From contig OX597814.1 of NCBI GenBank assembly GCA_951406725.2, positions 48,174,001-48,238,000 on the forward strand: a DNA stretch of 64,000 bases. The letters run 5' to 3'. This document shows, in pieces, positions 1 through 12,102 of this stretch. The first letter of the stretch is position 1, and the number at the start of each line of letters is the position of its first letter. This stretch comes from Octopus vulgaris (lineage: Eukaryota). The notes beneath the pieces are model-generated. The model saw only the letters and a list, made by a program, of their open reading frames with translations, had not been told where the DNA came from and made no database searches. A program made the translations under genes and the position numbers.

Positions 1-13
1 GACACAGATACAA

Positions 14-143
14 TCATCATTGTTTAATGTCTACTTTCCATGCTGGCATGGGTTGGGAAGTTTGACTGAGGTCTGGCAAGCTGGGAGGCTGCACCAGGCT
101 CCAATATGATTTAGCAAGGTTTCTACAGCTGGATGCCCTTCTT
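14..143 (-). mobile_element. RTE-LINE 3' tail fragment
   Basis: Same GAAGGGCATCCAGCTGTAGAAA...GCATGGAAAGYRGACRTTAAAC(GAT)n tail as the RTE 3' end at 52669-53362. Confidence 0.75.
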
Positions 144-285
144 ATGTCTAGAGATTTATCTAAATCTCTTCAGATTTATGTGTAAAGTTGTAGGAAGTTA
201 AAGATTCCTATATTTGCAGTATAAGGATCATGCTTAGAGACCAATTTGTTTATACTTGGAACAAATGCATAAACCTAAGACTTAC

Positions 286-481
286 CAAGGAAAGTTGAAT
301 AGAAACCAACACCAAATTGACCAATCAAATCACTCATTTCTGTACTTCCAGATGTATCTAGCTTTTTCAGAAATTCACTTGTACCAGATTTGGCAATAGT
401 TCCTAAATTGTTGACTAAATCACTTTTAGTCATTCCAATGCCAGTGTCTGTTATATGAAGTATGTGATTTTCTTTATCAGC
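286..481 (-). CDS. HSP90B1: HSP90B1 coding exon 5
   Basis: 196 nt; [65 protein letters not shown] (GHKL ATPase motifs); donor G|GTAAGT. Confidence 0.97.
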
Positions 482-3400
482 CTAAAAAGAGAAATATTTT
501 TAAAAAGTTAATATTTCATGGATATTAATCAGTCAAAATTCTTTTCAAATAAATATTCCAACTGAATACTCAAAAAACATTTTATGCCATAGTATCTTTA
601 AGTTGCCAGTATAATAAATGCCTTCAATTTTCATTGACAGCTAGCTGCCATGCTTTATTAGAACAGAAAAGTAATAATTTAACTACCTTCATATTCAATA
701 CAAATAGATATTAAAATTTATCAATGAAAATTAACACTTAAGAAAAAGTAACATATAGAAAACAGCGGATGACATTGTTGCTTGAATCAATCATAGTATT
801 TTACAGATATATGTTATTAACTTCGTATGAAAAGACTATGGCAGATTTGCAAAAACTCATCAATACACTACAACTACTCTTCTGAACTGGCAAACTGCAT
901 ATAACCTGCTTTTACTACCCCACCAGAGACATCCCTCACTATACACTTAAATTTTCCTCCAGAACTGCAGTGCTCAATATTTTTCCCACAAGCATGCACC
1001 AAGAGTTGGGGTTAGACACTACAAAGTGACATCCCAACTAAATCACAAATGAATAAAAGGGATGTTAAATGATATGTTAGTCTATTAAGTAGACTGAGTG
1101 CTTAGAATATCTAAGGTTTCTAACTTCAGATCATGTGTAGATTATGTCACACTTTTGCACATGCTATTTCAAATGACTGAGAATGAGTTGTAAGAATAGT
1201 CTGTCAAATTAATCTCTGGAAGAATGAAAGACAGAACTCGGACTTTCAAATTGTAACAAAGGGATGTAACCAAATACAAGACATTATCCTTACAAGTGAC
1301 AGTAATGATATTAATATATGGAATAGTAACTATTGTTTCTGCCTACACTCCTCAACCAGGGCTGCCAAATGAACAGAAAAATCAATTTTATGACACCCTT
1401 TGCAGACTACCTCATTGACAAATAATATTGGCCTTCTCTCCATGGCCAGTGACTTCAATGGGCATGTTGGGCAGTATCCAGGTGACTTTCATGGGGTACA
1501 TGGAAGCTATCCACAGTGAGGAGGGAACTAGGTTGTTGGACTTCTCTGATGCAAATGACCTGATGATTTACAATGCTAACTTCAGGAAACCAGTCAGTCA
1601 CCTGTTCACATATCAATCTGGTGGCCATACAAGCCAGATTAATTATATTCTCACCAGAAAGCAGGAAAGATGGTTGCTTGTAAATGCAAAGTGCTTCCCA
1701 GGTGAAGAGTACCCCCCATCAACATAGGTTAGTCGTTAGTGACTTCAAACTTCAGGTTAGAAGGATGCCAAGAAGCAAACCAGTCTTGAAAAAAAAGGTC
1801 TGGAAGCTTATAGTTAATAAGGTTGTTCATGATGGAGTCATACCTAATGAATAGTGGAGCAGCATTATAGTCAACCGCTACAAACATAATGGTGACACCT
1901 TAGAAATAATTAGAGGTAGCAAATTACTGGACCAGATAATAGCTCAATAAATTAGGAAGGGAGTCTAGATGAGATGCAGTTTGGTTTTGTGCCAGAGAGA
2001 AGTACCACCTGGTAAAGCAACTGTATGAGTGTACCCATTCAACATAGGTTAATTGTTAGTGACTTCAAACTTCGGGCTAGAAGAACGCCAAGACACAAAC
2101 CAGTCTTGAAAAGAAAGGTCTGGCAGTTAATCAGGTTGTCCATAAGGGACTCATACCCAATGACTGGTGTATTTCACCAAAAATAAACCTCTGTACTTGG
2201 CTTTTGTCAACACAAAGAAAGCCTTTGACAGAGTCTTCCATTCCCTAATTTTGTGGTCAATGTGGAAGCTAGGGATAGATACATGGTTAGTGAGAGCTGT
2301 ACAAGCTATGTACAAAGATGCTATCAGTAAGGTGAAGGTTATCAACAAGTATAGTAATGAATTCAAGGTAGAAAGTTCAGAGAGTTGCTACCTTTGTTGG
2401 TAATAAAGGGTCTTTCCCTCAGAGTGAAAGGCAGACTATGATGCTTGTGTATGAACAGTCATGGGCTGTGACTGCAGAGGACATGCAATGGCTTGAAAGA
2501 AGTGAAGCCAACATGCTCTGCCGGATGTGCAATGTCAGTGTGCATGTGCAACAAAGTTTAAGCATTTTAAGAAAAAATTGTGTATAAGAAGCATTAGATG
2601 TAACATGCGAGAGAGAAGACTGCAGTGGTGTGGTCACATGATGTGTATGGAGGAGGACAGCTGCATAAAGTGCTGATTTCTAATTATGGAGGGAACCTGT
2701 GAAAGGGGTAGACCCAGGAAGACTTTTGGCAATTTACTGTGCTTGAGAAGACATCAAGCTAAGTGAAATATGGTCATTGCCAGTGTCACATTCAGAGCAC
2801 CTGTGCTGATGGCACACGAAAAACACCTGGTACACCTCTGTAAAGTGGTTGGTGTTAGAAGGGTCATCCAGCTGTAGAAAACAGGAATAAACAGATGACT
2901 GGGGACCTTGTACAGCATGGAAAATGGATGTTAAATGATGATGCTAATTCATGACCGAGTTTCAATCATGCATTGGGCTCAAAATATATTGTCTTGGAGG
3001 AATTGTTTTACTAAGTAAGACATTAACAGCTACAGCCATTAAACTCATGGCAATATGCAACCTAATAATATTTAAGCTAAGTGGTTTTATATTTAAATTT
3101 GATTAAAAAAAGAAAAATGATTATTTACCAAAAATGAGTTTTGATAGCAGAAAAAGTATTTGAATTGAACATACCTTTATCTTTATGCTCAGTTCTTCAG
3201 TGGCTGCAAGTGCATTCTGATCAGTAACAGCCAGGAATCTTATTTTATCCAATGCATCAGATGCATTAGAGATAAGTTCTCGAAGAAAGATCTATGAAAA
3301 ATAAAAAAATGTTCAAACTTTTGCGAAGGTAGCATTTATGATAAAAGAAGCAACCAAAATGAAATCTTCAAAGAAACAAAAGAGCAATAGTAAATACTAA

Positions 3401-6400
3401 CCTCCTTATTTTTATATAAAGAGTTTACAATAAGCTTCATCATTCGATTTACTTCAGCCTGGAATGCATGTTTTTCTGCTTTATCTCGTAGTTCTTTCAT
3501 TTGAGCAACATTTAAACCATCAAGCTTAATTGCTTCCTCCTCTCTATAGTTACAAAAAGAAAAAAAAAAGTTGTAAAATTTTACAACTTACATAAAATAA
3601 GTTATTTGCCAGTTACTTCTTTTGGAATAGTCTCACTAGAAATGCATTCATATTTAGATCTGGCATAAACTTCAACATCCATTTGGTTAATATCTCAATT
3701 TTAATTTTATCATTCTATAGTGTGAAGATACAAAGGAAATAAAAATGAAATTCTTCATTAGCTTGAAGTGTTTTGTGGTAGAAAAAATATATCAAATGGT
3801 AAAAAATCCACAACTTCAATACTGATTTCAAATTTTGGCTCAAGGCCTGCAATTTAATGAGGGGGCTCAACTGGCACTTATTAACCTTGAAAGGATAAAA
3901 GGCAAAGTTGGCCTTGGTGGAATTTGAACTCAGAATGTAACAGATGAAATGCGACTAAGTATTTTGCTTGGCATTTTAACGATTGTGCCAACTCACTGCC
4001 TAATTCAATATTAATTATTGAAAGTCAGTATACACAAGCTAGCATGAAAAATACAGTATGTTACCTTTTAACCACTTCATCATCTGTTCTTGAACCATCT
4101 TGTGATTTTCCAATGCTTTCTTCCACACTAACCGCTTCAGGTGTCTCATCACTAGCTGCTGCAGCTGAGATGCAAGCTAATTGAAATAAAAATAAAAAAA
4201 AGATGACAAAACAAAAGTATAAGAACAATGTAAGAAAATAGAATGACAGCATTCTGAAAAAATACCAAAAAATTAAAACCTGACATTGTTAAGTTAACTG
4301 GTTTACTATATACCTTTAAGTGATGTATTTCATCTATTCTCTGCCAATTTTATAATTTTGATGGAAAAGCTCAAGAACCATAAATGGAGTTGTCAATTTT
4401 CAATATTAAACTTTTATTCATTGTTTTAACTAATTAAAATGTTATTGTAATCATAAATCTTTAAATGAGTATTTTTGCATTTTGCTATGAGCTTGACTGT
4501 GTCATTTGAGTAAAAATCAAATCTTGAATTGTGAAAGTCTACCCTACTCTATAAACAAAGCTTGTTTATTTGCATCCAAATCTAACATCTATTGCCTCTA
4601 ACAAATCATACTAAAGCACCTAGTCTTGTTTAGATTGTTCGCTAACACAGTATCACTTTCAAACTGCATCATATGTAGTTGCATTCATAAAAGAAATCTT
4701 AATACAAAAAGGTAATAATTTATTAAATATTTTCCACACAAGCGACCCTGCTTTTATGTGTTTCTCCGGATTAATCAGGTACTTTAACAAGCCTATCTAT
4801 AACTTTCAACTCATCATCATTAGTGTTTAATGTCCAAGAAATTCAAGGTTTTCATATTTGGCCATTTACAATTTGGATTCTATCAGTGTAATCACTAATA
4901 GTACTGACTACAAAGTTCTTACAACTTTCTTATAATGTTTAATTTTCACAACAATGTGCTTTGGAGACTAACAAAAAAACCCCATCTTGACCTTATTTAT
5001 GTGATCTTAATTACAAGAACCAAACAAAACATTTACAGACGTCTAAATTTAAAAAATAAACCATCTACAGTTGCAAAACTGACTTTTAAAATATTGAAAT
5101 GATAAATAGCCAATCAGTTGGTGACAGTTCAGTCAAGTATGAGTCTTCAGGTCTCATGAGCAAGGAAACACAGCTAAACATCTTAGTATCATCTAACTAG
5201 TAATTAACAACCAACTATCCAAATGTAGGAGTAGTGAATTAAAAATTTGCAGCCAACTTCAAGAAACTGTTATTTGGTGGCACTTTATTAGCTCAATGTT
5301 TTCTGGCTGTCAACACATTCACTGCTAAGCCAGTCAGTTAACTAAAAGTAACTCTTGTAAACACTTCAATAACTTTCTTACAACCAAGCCATGCCAACAA
5401 TTCCAGTAAACCTTAAACAATAGACAATCATAGACTATCTGGAGACAACCACCCAGCTGATTTCCATCTTATAACTGTTTTGACTTTTTTTGTTTCCAAA
5501 TAAGAAACTGATGGCGTATTAGAGTTCATAATTACCTTTATCAAAAGCCAAGTATTTGATAATTCTATTACTATCAAACTAACTTACTTTACAACTGAAA
5601 TAATAGCCAACAAAAGGCTATTTCTTGTTGACTGGTGTGCCTTCAAAATTCTTTCAAAATCATGAGCCTTAGCACAATCAGTAGTATTTCAAATTCTCTC
5701 TTTACTCTTATTTGTTTCAGTCATTTGACTGCGGCCATGCTGGAGCACCGCCTTTTAGTCGAGCAAATCGACCCCCAGGACTTATTCTTTTTAAGCCTAG
5801 TACTTATTCTATTGGTCTCTTTTGCCGAACCGTTAAGTTACGGGGACCTAAACACACCAGCATCGGTTGTCAAGTGATGTTGGGAGGGGGTGGGGCAAAC
5901 ACAGACACACAAACATATATATATACGACGGGCTTTGGTCGGCCCGAGGCTATAATAGAAGACACTTGCCCAAGGTGCCACGCAGTGGTACTGAACCCGG
6001 AACCATGTGATTGGTAAGCAAGCGACTTACCACACAGCCACTCCTACGCTAAATTGAAAAACTTTACATTTAAATCCTAATTAAGAATAGTAATATCAAT
6101 TTTATAAATCGTTACTTGAATTATTAGGTTTACGAAGGAGTAGAAATTTAAGTGATCCAGTAGTTACTTCATTTACCTAAGTTTTTTTTATTTTAAAAAA
6201 AGTTATGGTTTCATGAGATATTTAATTCAATTCGATATAAAATCTATACGGCAATCTTTCGTATTGTTACTATTTTAGTTTCCTTGACATACTAAATCGA
6301 AAAACGTTGAAGCGTCGTAGGCAATGAGAATATCTAGCTATAAAATACTCAGAATATATTTGAAAGATTTTATGATAATACAACCTAATAGACTGGACCA

Positions 6401-8594
6401 TCAAAATAACGAAACGAAAAACTGTTTACTATTCATGAATGCAAGTACAATATCTCAGTATATCCCGAAATGTATATACTGTTAAAAAAAAAAAGAAGTT
6501 AAAACTAGTAAAACCAGACCGAGTAGTGGAAGTTGCCAAGAAAGTAGCTATGGTAATGCAGAAACTATTTTAGCATTATGTAGTTTGATTACCTATTAGG
6601 GAGTTGAGATTAATATTTCCAGTGATCCAGTTTTAGTATTTGGACGATATACCGGGTGGTAATATTTAAATTTACATAATTAGAACGCAGTCACCAGTAT
6701 TAGCTAATGAGGAACTAACTTTTGCATGCTTTAGCGTTCTGCATATTAAATGCAAATACATCTCGTATGTAGCAAGTATAGCGAGTTAAAAAAAACGTAT
6801 AGATTATCTAGGCAATTTATTAGACTGGTATTTAAAATCTAGAAACAAAATAGCTCCAACAACAACATTGACTTATGAAGAGGTCTAATAAGGCTAAAAC
6901 ACGTTTTGCATTCACCAGTTAGCTTATGGAATAGATATACTCATACTTTTTTTTTTTTTACAAAAATTTCGATTTAATATTGACTTATCTCCCTTGTTTT
7001 TTAAAGGCGTTTTCAGGGTGTTTAAAAAACCACTAGAGGGAGATTTTGTTTACTAACTGCATGGATTATATATAAGTTTGAGGTTGTTGAACTTGCTATT
7101 TTACTTAATCATGTGAGAGCTGTCAGGTACAGTCAATGAATGAGGGATAAAGTGTGAAGACGTAAAATATAAGAGCCAACGTGTCAAGTTGGAAGGTTTT
7201 TTTATTTTTTTTTTTATAAGTGCACCACTAGCACCATGAGTTCAAAACAATAGAACTAATCTTTTGCTTCCTAATATGAATCGGAGACTATTTTGGGCAA
7301 AGAGGAATGTTACTCTAAAGCGGTATTCAAATATGCCGCAAAAATGAAATATATTTCCATCACTTGTTAATGGAAATCTTCAACTAGTAAGATTTTCCAT
7401 ATACAAACTGAACTATGGCTTACCAATTCTTCCTACAGAGGCTGGGAAACAAGGGAGTTAAAACTAACAGAAAATGAACACTATTTATAGTCTTATGATC
7501 ATAGAAAATGTCAAAAGACTTAAGCTTTGTCAATACGAACTACTCCAATGGAATATTTTATAAACAAAGTGCACCTTAATCGATAATTTTGTGAATTTTT
7601 ATTGGTACTTTAAGAAGTTGGTTAACTTGCACTAGTTTAAAAACTAGTCCTATAGATCTAGGAAATACGTAAAACTAAAATATAAAATATTTGGTCTTAA
7701 ATTAGGAATAAAAACGTTAAATGTTAATATTCTTAATCTAATTCCTATTTTAAATAGAAATTAGAACTGGCTGGAAAAAATAAAATAAACCGAAAACAAA
7801 ATCAATAAACTGCTCTCCACAAATCAAAAGATTTTATGACAATCTAGACGTTTCCATGGAATACATACTTTTACAATTGGTCATTCGCTATATACAAGCA
7901 AACATTTTTAAAATTATTTCTACATGTAATAGGAATGAAAAAAAAATTTTATTTGATAATCATCACACAGTCTTCTAGAATTTTCTTTTTTTTAAAGGAT
8001 TAATAAAGATTTCCAATATAAATTTGATGACAGAGAGAACGCAGACAAGTCTAGCGTCAGTTTTGAGTAGTTACAGTAGTTTGCCAGTCCATGTTCTTTG
8101 AGGAACCTAACCTCTACACCCAACTCTTGATAATTTCGATGGGTGGCACACCAACCGAACTACTTCTATTTAAAATTAACCTATTTCATTTCGAATTGCT
8201 CCTAACGTTTGTCCAGTTAGAAATTTAGGCAATCTCAAATAGTTTTTAACCTTTACCACTGCTTTTGTCAAACTATTCCAAATTTTTATGAACTCAATCT
8301 TTTCTTTCCTTGTATGAATTTGGTTTTCTAAGGTATTATCTTTATCTCCTGGAGGTCTTACTCCAGAGGTGAATAAAGTTACATAAAACCTTCAATAGAC
8401 CGTTTCTATTTACCATTTCTTACGTTTCTAGCATATATACTCACCTCTTCTGTATCTCATACAAATATAAGCTTTCAAATTTAAATTATTTCATTTATTA
8501 TAATCCTTAAATCTTTTTCTTCATACACTGTGAAAATTACTTCGGCACAGTTCCTATATCTTTATACGTTGGATTATATATATATATCTATATC

Positions 8595-8632
<38 letters not shown>

Positions 8633-9225
8633 ACCACCAGAATAGTACATATATAGAATGATGTTAAAGCTTCAGATATTGTAATACGATAAGGGTGCAG
8701 GTTTGAAGTAAAGCGAAGGCATGTAATTAGGCATTGTCACAAAGAATATTTTCAGTCAAGTGTTTAAAACTATATACTTCAAAATACAAGAGAAACGTTG
8801 GAATACTTAAAGAGATACGATTAAAATTTATGTACAAAGTGTTTGATGTATGTGTAACTCGGTCTCTCATCGCTATACAATCATGCCGACATACCGAAAA
8901 ATCTGACCATAACAGGGCATGTTATTTAATAGTCAGAGAGAAATTACATTGAGGCTTCGGAAAGTAAATAGCAGTAATACATAAAGAATATGTCAATTTC
9001 ATTAATCCAATATCTATTATATGCATTTGAAAATGAAAATAGACTTTTTCTTATTTCAAACGTAATTATTATATATATATATATATATATTAAAAAAAAG
9101 AACAAGTTAGAGTAAAAATATCTACAAGCAGACATTACATGCAGTAGCCGATTATCTAAAATAAATTACTTACCAGACCATAAGACAATCCAAAGGACTC
9201 CTAAAAACGTAAATTGTTTTAGCAT
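286..9225 (-). CDS. HSP90B1: Endoplasmin / GRP94 (ER Hsp90), 5' part: join(complement 9174-9225, 4065-4176, 3402-3543, 3175-3291, 286-481); gene continues beyond left edge
   Basis: Manual splicing with GT-AG introns and consistent phases (1,2,0,0,1) gives [120 protein letters not shown]...[23 protein letters not shown]...[13 protein letters not shown]. This contains a signal peptide, the GRP94-specific pre-N segment ([19 protein letters not shown]) and Hsp90 signature motifs. Confidence 0.97.
1320..2943 (+). mobile_element. Degenerate, internally deleted RTE-clade LINE in HSP90B1 intron 4
   Basis: Endonuclease remnants (VSAYTPQ; [20 protein letters not shown]), RT remnants ([19 protein letters not shown]), C-terminal GRPRKT, and 3' tail ending GATGATG. 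Confidence 0.85.
3175..3291 (-). CDS. HSP90B1: HSP90B1 coding exon 4
   Basis: 117 nt; [39 protein letters not shown] (Hsp90 signature); donor AG|GTATGT. Confidence 0.97.
3402..3543 (-). CDS. HSP90B1: HSP90B1 coding exon 3
   Basis: 142 nt; [47 protein letters not shown]; AG/GT boundaries. Confidence 0.97.
3825..4002 (-). mobile_element. Degenerate tRNA-derived SINE (family 2)
   Basis: GAGTTCAAATTCC B-box and CTTTGCCTTTTATCCTTTC core on the minus strand, as in 22280-22495. Confidence 0.7.
4065..4176 (-). CDS. HSP90B1: HSP90B1 coding exon 2
   Basis: Polypyrimidine tract + TAG acceptor; encodes [38 protein letters not shown]; donor AG|GTAAC. Confidence 0.93.
5697..6049 (-). mobile_element. tRNA-derived SINE family 1 (CORE-like CCTTGGGCAAG segment)
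   Basis: Minus-strand A-box TGGCTGTGTGG and B-box GGTTCAGTACC; near-identical to copies at 13426, 14091, 21288, 29523 and 53582. Confidence 0.85.
9174..9225 (-). CDS. HSP90B1: HSP90B1 coding exon 1 (signal peptide [17 protein letters not shown])
   Basis: ATG at 9225-9223, 52 nt, hydrophobic leader, donor G|GTAAGT at 9173; phase 1 matches exon 2; just downstream of the CCAAT cluster. Confidence 0.85.
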
Positions 9226-9345
9226 GTTGTAGAATTTAATGAATGACAAGTACAGTTGATTCGTGTGCCAATGTCCCAAGCCCCCAGTATCCTTTCCACC
9301 GGCCTGACAACGACGCCAAGCCACAACTTTTGAAGAAGGGGAATC

Positions 9346-9452
9346 CCAATGGCGTTATTTTAACCAATGAAAAATGAACACGAAAGCTTTATGGACCAAT
9401 GAAATTTGAACAAGTCTAGCCTCGTTTCTTCAACTTGTCTTTTATTTATTGG
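9346..9452. promoter_or_regulatory. HSP90B1 proximal promoter: CCAAT boxes / ERSE-like elements
   Basis: CCAAT-N9-ACACG (9364-9382, +), CCAAT-N9-ACAAG (9396-9414, +), CCAAT-N9-ACAAG (9434-9452, -), plus a CCAAT at 9346, all 120-230 bp upstream of the ATG. The vertebrate ERSE consensus is CCAAT-N9-CCACG. Confidence 0.7.
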
Positions 9453-9861
9453 ATGAAAGAAAGAGATAACAAACCTATTATAATCTCAATTTATGTTTGA
9501 GATGCGAAATTTTTGAAAATATTTCATGTCGATTTGTGTTTAATAAAATAAATAAATGATGCAATCATATACAGTACGCCTTTAATAATACACAATTTTC
9601 GTATTCATTCATTTACTTATTTTCTCCAAAAAATTTATATCTAAAAAATGTCAAGTCATTTGATCCTTTGGAGAGATTTTAGCCCACGTATCTCTTATTG
9701 TAAAATCAATTAAAACAAAATAAGTAAACAAAATTATTGGAAATGATTTACTTTATCTGTGGGGGAAAAAATGTTATAGGTGAATAGTATTATCCTTCAA
9801 ATAAGTATCTTATTGTATCAAATGGAACCTAAAGGAAAATTGACATTCACAGGACTTAAAT

Positions 9862-10098
9862 CAATGGTTCTCAACCGGACCCCAGGGCCATGCGGGACCC
9901 TAAAGCAGACTTCTAGTGGCTCCCGACTGTCTTCTATAAATATAATATAAATATAATATATAAATATAATATAATATAATCTATAAATATAATAAATTTT
10001 TCTCTAATCAACTTATGTTTTACATTTTTTGGTGTGACCCCTACAAAAAATACAGGTTTGGGATCTGTCCCAGATATTAAAAAGGTTAAGAACCACTG
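9862..10098. mobile_element. hAT (Charlie-like) MITE
   Basis: Terminal inverted repeats CAATGGTTCTCAACC / GGTTAAGAACCACTG, 8-bp flanks ACTTAAAT/ATTTAAAT (7/8 TSD). Confidence 0.75.
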
Positions 10099-10899
10099 AT
10101 TTAAATCGATAACCTTGTAAATTTTGCACATCATTCCACATTTTGTGTAACTCAAAATAGTATAATAATAATAATAAAATAATAAAATAAAGTTATTCAT
10201 TAAGTAAACTTTGAGTAAATAAGGCAGATCTGTATTTTCAAGAGCATGGGTCATTATGATATGCAAAATAGGAAGTTGGAGAACTTCAATCAACTGAATT
10301 ACTGAAGTAATTAGTTGACAAAAATCCCTTCTATGGGTGTTTAAAGTCTAAAATTTTAAAAACAGAATAGAGGATGATAACCAAAGTAAGATGAGTCGAC
10401 TGAAGTCTTGAAATAAGAGATAATGCAATGTTCTGTTCTGTCCCCTTTTCTTTTACTGGTTTACTCAGAGGGGAAAAGGCAGCCTATCACTACCTTCTTT
10501 CCAGGGCACCTGTTGATTGCTTGAGAGGTAAGGAAGAAGTTATTTTCTAACTAGAGACCTGGCCTGAATGCTTCCAACAGTAAACCCTGCAAAAAGCACC
10601 TAAGAGTTAGGTGGTGGCATTGCACTGAACAATGTATTAATTCTTTCATTCTTTGAAAGGCTTTCCAAGAGTTTCCATTCACCACATTTCACTAACTACT
10701 TAGTGAAATGTGGTAGATATTTTATCTTTTACTTGTTTCAGTCATTGGATTGTAGCCATCCTAGGGTATCACCTTAGAGGGTTTTAGTCACTGCTGAGGG
10801 TTTTTTTTTTTAAACTGGTGCTAATTCTATTGGTCTCTTTTGTTCAAATGATGGAAGACAAACCATATACTTGCATATGTATATACATGGATGTGTGCA

Positions 10900-11146
10900 T
10901 GTATTTGTGTCTCCTTGTCTTGACATCATACACTAGCTGCAAATGAGCGTCATCATAACATAAGCAGTGTCCTTCACTTGCAATTCTGTGAAAATATGTC
11001 TGGCTATGGGAAAACATTACCTTGCTTGGAAATAAGTGAGGATTGGTGGCAAGAAGGGAGCATTGGGTTGTACAAAATCTGCCTCAATAAAATCAAACCC
11101 ATGTGAGTATGAAAAAGTGGATGCTAAAATAGCTATGTTGATGATG
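10900..11146 (+). mobile_element. SINE-like repeat ending in an RTE-type tail (second copy at about 14530-14790)
   Basis: The two copies align (CTTGACAT...AAGCAGTGTC...ATTACCTTG...GAAAAGTGGATGYTAAAA) and end in the RTE-like tail. Confidence 0.6.
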
Positions 11147-11445
11147 AAGAATTAATTAATTATCAGTATCATTTGAATTTTGCTTAAATATATTTTTAGC
11201 ATGAATAAATAAATAACATATTCATATGAGTATATTAGTATATCAGAGTGAGGTAAACAATTTCTTTACTTTGTTATATGAATAACATTTATTTTCTAAT
11301 TAGCTTCCAGTTTTTGTTTTTCTGTTTACTCCTGTACTTCCCAAAACTGGACTTGACTGACAGTTAAAATCAACTTTGCCAATTCTACAAGTTATGAAGA
11401 TAATATTTTTTCACCAGCATACTCGCAGTTATTTTCACTGTTTAA

Positions 11446-11632
11446 CCTTTTTGCATTTAAACCAGTTATATCCAGCCAAAATATTCTACTTCACACCAAC
11501 CCTACAATATCATTCTAAAAATTAACACTTACCTCATCAAACTCTAAAAGCTACAAGATAATGCATGATTAATTCAAAACAATGTGAATAAATAAGCATT
11601 ACTTTTGACTGAATAATGCAAATGCTAAAAAG
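11446..11632. mobile_element. TTAA-flanked piggyBac-type MITE family A (internally deleted, reverse orientation)
   Basis: TTAA on both sides; reverse complement aligns with 26353-26573 and 39492-39712. Confidence 0.7.
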
Positions 11633-12102
11633 TTAAGCTATCATGTTGATTAAACAGACCTTCATATTTAGAATATAACATTTTAAAAAATCTCTCTGGA
11701 GAGAATAAGTGCTTTCTCTTACAAAGTATTTGCTCCAACAACAAATTCTGTGATTATTGGCATTTTGATATCTATGTGCCATTGGAAACACCATTTGTTG
11801 ATGTCATTGCATGATTGTGCTATTAAGAGGTTTGCTTTGCAAGCATATGGTTCCAGGTTTCAATCTACTGCACCCACACAGATTATAGCCTCAGGTTGCC
11901 CAGTTGACTGATACCTTGTGAGTGCAATTTGGTAGTCAGAAACAGTATAGAAGTCCAATGTGTGTATGTGTGTGTCTGTCTATCTGTCTGTGTCTGTGTG
12001 TGCAAGTAAGTATGTATGTGTATGTTTGTTTATGTATGTATGTATGCGCGTATGTACATATGTATGTATATTTGTACGTATATATATAAATAAATATAAG
12101 TA

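Noticed and set aside
4177-4252. ORF-track N-terminus [13 protein letters not shown] as the GRP94 signal peptide
   Set aside because: It is the intron-1 polypyrimidine tract. A proper ATG exon with a matching phase and promoter exists at 9174-9225.
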